64,000 nt of DNA from NCBI RefSeq assembly GCF_964204865.1, contig NC_135250.1, forward strand, positions 20,398,001-20,462,000, written 5' to 3'. The stretch is from Styela clava. Lineage: Eukaryota. A program made the translations under genes and the position numbers. Of the stretch, positions 41,001 through 52,543 are shown one piece after another (the first letter of the stretch is position 1; each line of letters begins with the position of its first letter). Under the pieces are notes generated by a model that was given only the letters and a program-made list of their open reading frames with translations, ran no database searches and had not been told where the DNA came from.

Positions 41001-44000
41001 AATTCCGAAACCCATAGAGATGGAGATTTAGTATGACATGCACATTTGTGCAATTGTTCGTCATAATGAATTATCATTGTTACCGCAGGACTATTGTGAC
41101 GTCACAAGGGCAAAATAACCTTGGCGAAGTATTTTCGAGTTTTTGCATCTCGGATTCTAGCTTAGCGCGTATTAATTTGAATTTTTACTACAGTATAGGA
41201 AGACATGCACTTGTGATATTCACCATCCGAGTCAAATTCACCTTGGTTGGCTTTTATATTGGGTGAATTGCTGTTTTATTCTTTATATTTAATCTTAATC
41301 TTAGTCTTATTTCGGTGGGTGTGCAGAACGTGTTATATTGATGAAATATATATTTTTAAACATAAAAAATAATGCAAATGAAACTGATTAGCTATTTTGA
41401 GGATTAGACTTTGTAGATACTGAAAATTACATTCGGTTTTGGAATGTTTCGTTTTCAGGACTGGTGCATATAATAAAGTTGCAAAATTGCGTATGTCCCC
41501 AAATCATAGACACATTTCTGCCTAAGTCACAGTGCGCCATTATGACGTCACTTAACTGCGTCATACAAATTAACTTAAATCCGACTACGATCAAAAAATT
41601 GAACCATGGCAAATTATTGACTCTCAATGGCATAACATCATCATCAGGAAGTTTTTTACGTTTTTCTCAAAACTGCTAAAAATGACTTACGCAATTCGGG
41701 TATTAGCGTGACGATACATAAGTTTCATATTTGGAGAGGTGCATGTACAAGCATCGGTGGTTTTAATAAATTGCATTAATGGCAGCCCTGGATTTGTTAA
41801 CGACAAATTCATTAAAATAGTGAGTGGGGTCATAAATCGAAAGCCGCAATTGCTTAAATATATAGAAAAGCCTGTTATATAAAACAAATGTGATGATTTC
41901 TATTTCTCCGATTCCAATGTAGGCTACTGATGGTTTGTTCTAAAGTTTATTGATTATTCTTTTTACGATTTCGATGTGATGCAAAGTTATAACTTTTGTA
42001 GTTTCGTTTCATCTACCACTTACCATTAGGGCATTTCTCCACAGAATATCCAAATCTTCTAACTTTTGTTCTTGGAAACGTAAGTTCGGACTCATTTAAA
42101 AGAACGTATTTGTCACAAAATTTTATTGTTTTTTGGGGTCGTTTTGGTACAGAAAATGTGGGCATACTCGTATTGTAGAAATCGTCTTCTGGTCGATGTA
42201 TAGCTGTTTCATTTGAGGTTTTATTTTTACCATCTGAATTCTTTTCCAGGCAACCTAAGTGGGGTAAATGTTATCGAATAGTTGATTAAAAGTATTATTA
42301 AAACTCTTTTCATTAACATTCAGATTTTAACTGAAATTTACATTACGTGCACTCAGTCACCTACCGGCGTATAATGGTCGCTCACATATTAGAGTTGTTT
42401 CTACCTCATCACACGGTGCGGACGGTTCTGCTTCTTGTCTCTTGTGCGTGACCTCTGGCCGTTTTTCAATACAATTGCTATTTCTGTCAAAAAAATGTTT
42501 ACAATTTATTCGACATGTAAATTTACTGCTGTTGTATTATTACGCAGTTCAAATCCTGCCTTTCCGTCTACTCATTCAAAAACTTGGAATATGCAATCGG
42601 CATAATGGTCTGAAAATATAAAAGAATACAGAGTGTATACATCTATTGAAATAAGTTATTAATTAGTTGGCATCATTTAATAATTTATGTATAGTATAAA
42701 TTCAAAATCGCTCACATAAAAAATTTCTCCGCAAGGTTGCTGTTTAGGGGAACTTTTCTCCCAAATGTTGCACAATGATTTGGCACATGTGGAAATTTTC
42801 TTCCATCTGTAACGTGGGTGTAAATACTACTGTTATACACCACGGAGTTGTGCACGACATCATCTGTAAAAGTTTAAAGCAATTTCTAAAAGAAAATTTT
42901 TCCTTGATCGTTTTTCATATCAAATTATGTACAGTTGTTCCATGCTATCATAATATTAGTGGTAATTTATCGGCAATTTCCTGTTAGTTTTCTCTTCGGG
43001 ATAGTAGTATTTAACGCACCAGAATATTGGAGAAAGCTGGTCTTACTAATTTTTGTAATTTTCAGTGTGAATCGGTGGGCATTAGTCAATATCGCAGAGA
43101 CGTTCTTCGAGTAATTCCGTACGTCTGTCGTCACATCCTATCAAAGCACTTTCATTCATTTGAGACCCCTATTCTGGGAGTGAATACATTTCGCTTTAAT
43201 TATTCAATATCATAAAAACAAAAAATCTTACTAGGATAATGGCAAAGATACGCCGGTAATTTACGACCACAGCTTAAACTTTCCCATCGACCATTCTTTG
43301 CTCGTGATACAAATGCGCAGAGTTCGTCGTTTTTTGTTTCCACTAGTGGGTGTCCTGTTCTCCAGTGCTAAAAAACAAGTCATTGTATAATTAAATGCAG
43401 TCAGACTGGGCTGTACATTTCAAATTGCAAACCTGGTAGTGCTGTGCTTGGTGTTCATGTTCGCAGTTCTCATCGACTTTTCCGACTGGCATGCCGTTAT
43501 CTCCTCTAATCCATAATACTTCACCATCTTTAGGTGATATCAAATATCTTTTCAGTCCTATCCAAAATCCATTGATAGCCGAACTTTCGTTGGTGCCTTG
43601 AAGTAGTTAAATACGAACTCAGCATGCGTCACATGTATATTGTTAATATAAATTTTACTATTACTAGAATAATCAAAACAACACCGAGATCAGGTGCTGG
43701 ACAATAGACATAAAACACATAATAAATGAATCTGAGTGAGCACTTGAAACTGGCATAAATTCTGTATTTATTTAACTTTCATTCACACTATATTATGGTT
43801 TTTGAAAAAAATAGAACACAAAAGATTAAAAAAACCTCTGTTCAACATGATTTTTAGTTGTTTTTAGTGAAGATGCTCTATAACTTTTATGCTTTCTTAC
43901 CGGTTTTTTGGGGAGCCATTTCAAAAAGTGATGCAACTTTGGCATTGGAAACAAAGTTTCTTCTTATAAATCTTTGAATTGTTTCTGAGTGGGAAGTTGC

Positions 44001-44122
44001 TAAAGTTCCGCCGTCCGATATGCACTTAAAACGAGCTTCCCAATATGTAGACAACCGAGTATACAAAACATACTTGCTGCCATTGGGAGCTCTTGCCGCA
44101 TGAGTTTTTGATTGCTGAGAAG
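32098..44122 (-). CDS. Adhesion GPCR, intron-rich: CTLD - degenerate CTLD - HormR-like - GAIN - GPS - 7TM
   Basis: CTLD exons 44122-43230 (YWEARFKC..GGTLA, FWIGL, LCAFV..GRWESLSC..YLC). HormR-like FC..LTFPRT..EKCPNGIPKGLMFC (42250-40620). GAIN exons at ~40480, 39565, 38030 and 37520. GPS ECRYYD..WKTDGC..CKCDHTTSFAVVV (~37118-37267). TM exons at ~36400, 36000 (HFFLLAAWGWMAVES), 34760, 33700 (YCWL), 33240 and 32585 (QGVFVFYFFCL). Tail ends at TGA 32098. The start exon is unresolved. Confidence 0.85.
33272..33509 (-). mobile_element. HINE-like element copy (intronic)
   Basis: On - strand: TTGGACACGTAG sub-terminal repeat, TTG-rich tract, inverted CTACGTGTCCA, hairpin GAGC-ATA-GCTC, then TCTTGTTTT. 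Confidence 0.7.
35327..35736 (-). mobile_element. HINE-like element copy (intronic)
   Basis: Same termini and shared core ACTGAAAATTTCAAAGCAATTGGTCCAGTA as 33272-33509. Confidence 0.7.
40881..41714. mobile_element. TA-flanked MITE with ~50-bp TIRs (copy 1, intronic)
   Basis: TCGTCACGCTAATAACCGAATTGCG... and ...CGCAATTCGGGTATTAGCGTGACGA, with TA on both sides. Homologous copies at 56553 and 60723. Confidence 0.85.
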
Positions 44123-44449
44123 CTGAAAAGTATTTTAGATTGAATAAGAAGCCCAACAAAAAAAATAGAGCCAAGAAAGAACCAAAATTATCCTGCTATA
44201 TATATTCGAGGCAAGCACTTGTCCATTGTAGACATTTACAGCAAATATTTCGTTTTGAGTATAAAAGCTACAGTATACGGTATCCTCATAACGCTCTAAC
44301 AGTGATATCATGATATCCGTTAAATGCCTATATCCATTGCGATATTTTTACACATGATACAAAAAAAAACGTCACTTGATCCCCAACCTTGGCTGCATTA
44401 AAAATGAACTCGGATTAGCCTTCACATAATCAGCATGGTATTCATAATG

Positions 44450-45974
44450 CTATTTCTCCTTACCCAGATGTCCTTTGTCACCAAAATCATACGAATTACA
44501 TAAGTCTTCCGTACATTCTTGACATGGTGCGCCATCTCCGTCCCCTCTAGATATGGGACATGTATACATGCATCTTTTATAGAGACCATCAACACGCACA
44601 GTTACGCATACCTGTGATTGAAATGGACCATATATTATGTAAATAAAACCTTGAAAACCACATAGATTGTAATAAAAATAACTGTAAAGGTCTCCGAAAA
44701 GACACTTCCAACTAAGCTATGTACAACTTGGAAGCGCTTGATCCTGCAGAAGAAAAGTGACTTTGGTTAAACATCAACAGTTTAGTAAACCACTTGAAAA
44801 CCACTTTGTGTTCGATAATAGACACACTGAATACCAATATTGATCGAATAATCTTTCACTAAGCCTTAGTTTCCTGTGTTTGGAAAAAAATTCTTTCTTT
44901 ATTATTTTTGCTGTTTAGTATATAGTTATCACAACGACATGGTTTCGCCCTAATTTTACCACAACAAATCTGTTAATTATCATCAATTCCGTGAGAAATC
45001 AGAACTGCACATGTTTCAGTATATCAGCAATTCGTAATTAATGGCTGTCTCCGATGAGTTTTAGTTTGATAGCAGTCATTAAAGTTAAGTCCACAAAAAC
45101 CGGCGATAGATTAGGCCGAGATTAGCTATCAGTACTTTTAAATTCAGGGTGATAAATATTTTGAATCAAATTGATGGTAAGGAACATGTAAAGAAATCGC
45201 GAATGAACTTTAATAATGGATTTCAAAAAGTCTGAATGGTACAGTATAAAAAGAATTTTTTTTAGGTCGGGGAAGCGTCCATCCTATGATTAGTTAAAAG
45301 ATTTGAATACATATCATAACTTGGGGCAGCACATAGCTAGTACAGCGCTGTGCTAATTTTAGTACTTTTTGTTATTTCATTTAAAAACGAACTATATGTT
45401 TTTAATGATATCCAAAATTTTGCTGATAATTTCAAAACGTTTACCTCGTTATCTTGACAACGAACTGGTTCTTTTTCGTTACATCTCCAGTTTTCATCTT
45501 CGCCTTCACAAGAGTAGCAATATAGGGCGGTTGCTGACAAAATACATATGATCGTAATCGTTCTGATACTAGTGGAAGGGACCAAAGATAGGATAAAACT
45601 GGATCAATAGTAGTTAAAATCCCATTTGAATATTTTTAGTTTGTTTCCATTTTGCGTATTTGTCCGGTCATAAACACTGAGCTACTCACCCCCAACCAAT
45701 CTGTTACCTAGAAAAGCATTTGTTCGTGGCCTATCTAATGATAAAACCGCATGCCCATCACCTCGCCCAGTGGCCCGGTTTAGCCTTCGTAGTGGTCAAC
45801 TCTTTTACTCAACCATTATCCTTATATATGAACATATTCTAAGTATTGTCTCTATCACAAAATGCACAAAATCTATCGCAACCTTTATCGCTTTATGAAT
45901 TTTAGCATAATAAAACAAAATTACATACCTCGACCGAGGAAACACAAAAGGATCGCGAATATTTTAGTCACCAT
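44450..45974 (-). CDS. Ly6/uPAR (three-finger) domain protein, 98 aa if it terminates at 44450
   Basis: Exons 45929-45974 (MVTKIFAILLCFLGR), 45445-45533 (ATALYCYSC..WRC..VRC) and 44450-44611 (VCV..KRCMYTC..PCQECTEDLCN). Ten Cys, LxCxxC start and CN end, no GPI tail. Confidence 0.8.
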
Positions 45975-46848
45975 ATCTTCTAATTGTTTGTATAATTGTA
46001 CCTTCTAAACCTAATTCTGAATCTTTGCCAAAAACTTAAAACATGACTATATGCAAAACATAATTCTTTCAAACTAATTTCAATGCTCATACCTTAATGT
46101 CGTGGAGCATCAGAATCGCGGATATATGTCTTTCCGCTCTTTGAAAACTCACACCTTTGACGTGCAAAGGTTGGATGGGATTGCTTGATCTTTCAATATT
46201 AAACAACGCACTTTCGTGTTTGATCAGGCCAAATACAATATTATGTTGGACATTCAGGATGAAATTTACTTCCTATACATTTGTTGGACGTGAAATGGAT
46301 CTATGGATCGTTTTGTCTTTTTTTATTTCTGTTCATGTTGCTATCAAAAATCGATTTGTTCATTAACTACTGAACCATTTGCTTTTGGGACACGAAATGT
46401 ACATATGGTTGTTGTGATTGTACAACGAATAGGATGAAATATAAGTCTTTAACTACACTATAGCTACAGGCCCACGTAGGTCTTAATATGGCCCCGTATG
46501 CAGACACCCAGGACGGACAACTTTTTTCATTTCCCCAAGATTGCTTGTAAGGAATGTCTCTCAAGTATCTGATGGAAAGCTTGTTGTTTACTTTGGGTTA
46601 CGTAGCGCCCATTTTAAACTCTACCTATGTTGCTATTTGAACGCAAACGAAAAAATTCATTCTATTTTTATTTGTTTCAACTTAATTAAAATGATACAAG
46701 TAACATTATTTTAACAACAAATAAACAAAATTTACCTATGGTAAAACTATTGTATCAATTGTTCAAAAATTGCACATAAAAATGAAATATATTTAATTGT
46801 ATTGACATAATTCTGCAGGTTGTACGTATTCCTTATATTATATACTCT

Positions 46849-49393
46849 TCATGTACATCTCTCATGATGTCTTTCGCACACAACACCTTCGCATTCCAAC
46901 CTCTGAAAAATATGGAGTTTCAAATAAAATTTTTGCTCAGTTATAAGATCTATACCAACAAGTCTAGGCAGAGCACAGATATGTGGAGTTGATATAAAAT
47001 AGGTAGAGCTATAGTGTTTGTAAAAGTGTGTACAATCCGCATCTTTATTTTAATTTACTGTTTAAGAACGTTAGTGAACGCTAATTTGAAAATTGAATAT
47101 ACGTCAGCAATGTCGATACAGTGGTGTGAAACAGAAACGTATTCAAGATGACAAATTGGACTATAAATATGGTTTGTAAACAATTTTTTCTGATTTCTGA
47201 GACAGCTGCAAATTCGTCTTCATATTTCATATGTGATTTATTTTGAATTATCATGCATTTACTATGTATGTGGAGTCAAAGTTGAGCGTTTTAGCTAGTA
47301 TTGGGGGTCAAAGATGAAGTCCTATTTTTAAATTTCTGCAGCGGAAAATATTAATATGAAAACTCCAAACTAGCAAATAGTGTCGTGACCTTAGGGCAAT
47401 AAATGTATCTGTGAATACACTTGCAAGTTTATGTTAAATTACTCATTTTTCTGAAATTTATTTTAACATCCAAAATATGTTCTAATGGGCTAGTTATACG
47501 CGCTCATCTCACCAAAATCATTTTTCCATCGCCAGTTAAAATCCATTCAATCTTTGTCTCTCTTTTCTTTTTGTCTTTTCCCTCTTCCCATCGTTGAATT
47601 TCTAGTAATTTGTCATCACCATCCCATACTACGGTGGTCTATTGTAAAGTATTAATTTGAGTTGAAAATTGAGGCTGTCGCTTTGTTCGCGTGTTTTTTA
47701 TTTTATAAGAATAGACTGAGGTCTTTGTTCGGAATTTAGAATATATTGACATCCGATTTTCAGTTTTAACAAATCATCTGGGGTGGTGAGTAGACACAGC
47801 ATATCATTATTGAATAGTTTTTGTCATCTGAATCTCATACAGCTGATGCTGTCAGACAGAGCTAATCGAAGTAAAATGATAAAATAGTCAAACGGCCTCT
47901 AACAAACTACCGATGGTCTTCTAGGGATAAACGTTTTAAACTTAACTGTGTTGGCATCGCAGCTAACACATTTTGGGTTTCAATCTCCACTTCACCCAGA
48001 GTGTGATAATCTGGGTAGCGTCATGCCGAAATGCGAAGATGCTAGTCTTCGAAAAATATTAGTTCACATCTCCTTACATGTCAAGTAATGCTTGTATATA
48101 TCCGTATTCTAGTTCAGTAGTTTCACACTGTCAACAATATTAACTGAGTATAGTGTCTCTCGGGCCACCCTTCGTCGAATTAGACAGGCAACAGAGTAAA
48201 GTAATTTAAACAGGAAACCTTTACGTCCCTATCATCCATGGTATGTTCATCAATTTCCTTGCCGAGCGGGAACAAAACATTGGAACTTCTAAATGTGCTT
48301 TGAGTATTTATTCTTATTTGATTTTCGCCTTCTTCGGTGATTTCGGATGTTGATGACACAATAAGAGCCATCTTCCTCAAAGCGATGTTCACTCCTGAAA
48401 TACAGAAGATTATATTCGCAGGTTGGGTGTCAAAGTTTAATGTCTAACAGAGACGGTGTGGTCAGACTATAAATTTATGAGTTTTACTTACAAATATCAT
48501 ATATATACAATTTTACAAGTACCCATGTACCCCTAAAATTTATATTTAATAAGAAGTTAAACAATAAAAGTTCGGTGTTTTTAATGTAATAGCAGAATCA
48601 AACGGTTTGTCCCCTATGGCCTTTACTCTTGAAAAAGTGTTTGCTGATCAGACATGAGTTGGACCTATGCATTGGTTTGCTAAATTGTTTTTGATGTGAA
48701 AAATCGATTTTTTTTTCGAAGAAAAAGTCGCTAAAATACGATTATTTTTATTCAAATTGGAATCTCATATATTCTCGAAATGTGCGTTTCTCTTCTACTA
48801 GGCTATAGAAGCTAGCCAGCTGATATTATAAGCGCAAGTGCGTTATTAGTTGGAAAGCATCGGTAAAGAGAACACACTGCGACCTCAATAATCTCTCGTT
48901 TCTCACTAGATATACGATTTCCTACAAGCATGAATATTTCTTATTGTCGTTGGCACAGTTGTTATATATAATCGTTATCAGATTTGTGACAATTCTCAAC
49001 AACGCCATAATAAATATGAGATAATGGGCATATGCTTTTGGCAGGGGTGAATAACGAGACAATTCTGGCCCGTGAGACAAAGTTTCACATGCCTGGACTC
49101 TGACCTGTAACGCATATATCGTTATGCAGCAAATTTTTATCAATATGCTTTCAAAATATCTCTCGTTGCAATCTAAACCCGCTGCATAAACAAGAAATCG
49201 TACATTAAAATAAGCGATTAATAATAATCAATAATAATTAATAATACATTAAATCCATTGCCAAATTTTAGATGAATTTAAAAACAAAATTCTTTTTATT
49301 ACTTATATCCAACTTCTTACCAACTTGCTTCATATAATTATCGAAGTTGTCACTTTTGCCGAGTTTCCATTTTCCAAGAAGTTGAGAAGGCAT
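46849..49393 (-). CDS. Intracellular lipid-binding protein (FABP/CRBP/CRABP family)
   Basis: Canonical 4-exon iLBP layout: MPSQLLGKWKLGKSDNFDNYMKQV / GVNIALRKMA..TQSTFR..F.LGKEIDEHTMDDRDVK / TTVVWDGDDKLLEIQRW.. / RLECEGVVCERHHERCT-TGA. Confidence 0.92.
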
Positions 49394-50850
49394 GTTTCAG
49401 TTTTTAGTTTCTATTCAATACTTAACGTAAATTAGGAATTCTAGAATTTCATTCGACATTAATCAAATAATATAAATAAACATAGATGTGTAACAAGAGC
49501 TGGAATAGGTCGCACCCAACAACCCGCCTCGAATCACATGCTGGGTGATTTTTTTGAAACTGTTCTTCAGTGAAAGTATGTTTGTACAATTGCAAATCGC
49601 AAATAATAAATTATTTCCAGATATTTCACTAAATTCAGAATTATAGGCTTCGATTTAATGAACGGCATATGGATTTGTTGAACAAAAGATAGTCTTCTCT
49701 AAAATGAAATATTATAATATACTTTATTAATTCAACCAAACTTACGTCGGTAGATATTGAAACTGATGAAATAAATAACACCTTCCCCGAATCTCTGATT
49801 TTTATACTTTTCAGCAGTCAATTCAGCTCAGTTATATAGGTATCAAATGCACTAACCATAGTTACGTTGACCATTCGACAGCCTTGGATATTAGACAGTC
49901 AAATAGCAGCGACAGGATTGCCAGCGCCCTGGAGAAGTTACTGAGCATACTAATCAAATTTCTGGTAACTAATAAAACCGGTTGAACACGAACACGGCAA
50001 ATATTGGTTTGATAAAATTGATTTACTACAGTTAATTGCCATGTTAGCGTATTTTTTTCATCTGAACAACGATGCGCAGACAAAAATATGGACACTTTTT
50101 CTCTGGCCAGGCATATAACATGTTTGGTTTCTTGAAATGAATTTTGATGATTGTGATGACATGAACATTGAATAAACGGTCATCATTTTTATTGCCTGTA
50201 AGTTAGTTTCATGTATGATCTCAACATACGCTTTGTGTAAACTGGCTCTTACTGGAACGTTTAAAACTGGTTTGTGCAAACTGATGATCCGACATCTCTG
50301 TCATCAAAGATTGAGCACAATTCGATAACGATGGTACGACCTTGCACTAAACAATTAGTGATTTAGACAGGGGTGAAATGTTGAAAAAGTGTGTAATCAG
50401 TCAGGCGTGAGAAAAGCAAATATTCAACGTAGTTGTACCGATCAAAATAGTATACAAGTTAGGAAAATTCAAGTAACTCAAACATTAAATTCGAAAACTG
50501 GCATCAAATTTAACAATATGACATAAAAAATGAATTGAATTATTTCAAAATATGTTACATAAATCACAAAATGGTTTCACCACTAGATTTCACAACAAAA
50601 TATCAAAAAAGTTGAGCACGTTGATCATACCGTTATTGCCTTGTGTTTTTGTGAAATCTTTCAAGTGACAAGAGGAAGGATTATTTCATGTAATATGACC
50701 AATAAACTGATGATCATTCTGAATATCAACTGGTAACAAAGCATCTCATTGTAAACGGGTATTGAGTTATTATTGATTATATTAATTGTTGAAGTAGCTT
50801 AATTCGTGGCCCCATATTAGTACGGATCTAATTTGATTTTGATTACGTAC

Positions 50851-52174
50851 CAGGAGTTCTCAACCTGGGGTTCGCGACCCCCCAGGGGTTCACGAGAAGG
50901 TTTCCAGGGGTACTTGAACGGCAGTTGAGTTTTCATGTGTTGCTATTTTTTATGTCCTTTACTATCAGAGGAAAATGCGTGGATTTTCCCTGATCTTGCG
51001 TTGCTGTGACTCAGCAATGTGAAATTCACAGCTTTGCAGCCAAACTGTGAAATCTCAAAAAGACAATGTGTGTTTGCTACTCGAATTGAAAACAGGGACA
51101 GCCTTCAAACTAATGTTCTGTATAAATAAAACGAATACTTTTATTTAATATCAGTTAAAATAGTGGTTCCCAACCTTTCTGTCGGACCGGTAAAATTAAA
51201 TAAAATGTACTCGCGAATCGGCAAAAAATTGAAAGGAATAACATATATTTGCGAAATGTAATGCAATGTTGGGCACTCACTGTGCTTCTAGGTAAAAAAG
51301 GCACATTTGAAAACATTTCACATGAATAAAAACAAAAAATGCGCCGACCTCAAATTGAGTGGAGTGAATGAGTGGATCAAACTCCTGAATTGGAACTTTG
51401 TCATCGTTCTTGTTAAAAAATGTCAAAATGTTGGTTAACTCATATTAATCCCTCTGCAGTTAATCAACGCCTCAAACAAAATGAATTTGCATTAATATGA
51501 CAAAGTCGTCGGTAACTTGGAATTCACAGCCCTACTGTTCATCACCTGGAAAAGATCTCTGCGCCCCATGCTATTGTTGCGCGTCTTGTTACCACATGCA
51601 GGGTTGCAGCAAGCTCGTATTTTACTGGATGTCAAGACGAAACCCTGAAATATTATACTGCTCATGACTGTTTTCTGGGTTGAACACAGAAATATTCATA
51701 ATCATAACCTTTTATTTGGATGTTCATATTAGGCAGAAAAAGCATGCAGAACAGAAAAAACACGTGTGTCGATCTTTGGGTTCTGAATATTGCGAGATTT
51801 GACGGACGCTTTTGCGATGAATCGGAACCGAAAAGTGTGGAAACTTGGCGCCAAAACGTCGTCGGCCATTAAAACCGCAAACAGCAATATGTCGGCGAAA
51901 GAGAAATTGCGTAATAAACAAATGCAACATCGTTATTTTGGGTTCGGTGAAGCGACAGAGACGGCAGAAAAACAACAAAATTTCTCTCAGACCGACAAAA
52001 AAGCTTCTGGTGCCGGTCCGCAGACCAGCGGTTGGGATCCAATGCTTTAAAACACAGTTTAAAAATTGTTAGTCAATATATTACAACTTTGATTGGTGTC
52101 TGATTACTGGGGGTTCGTGTTGACAATTTCATGACTTCGGGGGTACTTAACGGGGGAAATGTTCAGAAACCCTG
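50851..52174. mobile_element. hAT-like non-autonomous element containing a nested hAT-like element (51161-52044)
   Basis: Outer ends CAGGAGTTCTCAACCT / ATGTTCAGAAACCCTG with GGGGTAC and GGGGTTCG motifs. Inner ends TAGTGGTTCCCAACC / GGTTGGGATCCAATG flanked by AGTTAAAA and CTTTAAAA. Absent at the paralogous position ~57615. Confidence 0.7.
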
Positions 52175-52543
52175 CTATAAACCATAGAGATTTTGGGCAA
52201 GTCGAATGGCAGAACGATCCAATTATTGATTACTGTATATCCAAGCAAAATCCGATTTGCACTCTCTATTCGGGTATCGGCTATTATCCGGAACCAGAAA
52301 GCATACAAAATATACACATTTATGTGCATTGTGGAGCGCGGTTGGAGAGAGCTGTTCGACGGGCAGTGAAACGCGGGTTTCGGTATAGGTTAATTTTACA
52401 CGTACGCTATCTATCTTGCGTAAGGTTTGATCGTACATATTAGTAAGTGTTTCCGGGAGCAGAATTATGTTGTTTGTCGGTGTCCATGTTCTACGCCCAT
52501 CTATATACATTGGATGCTCAACCTGTACAAATCGGGTTATCAG

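Noticed and set aside
52159-52443. 94-aa ORF that stays open in the paralogous unit
   Set aside because: Its ATG lies inside a TE end present in one unit only, the paralog has local frameshifts, and substitutions look mostly non-synonymous. It is more likely non-coding.
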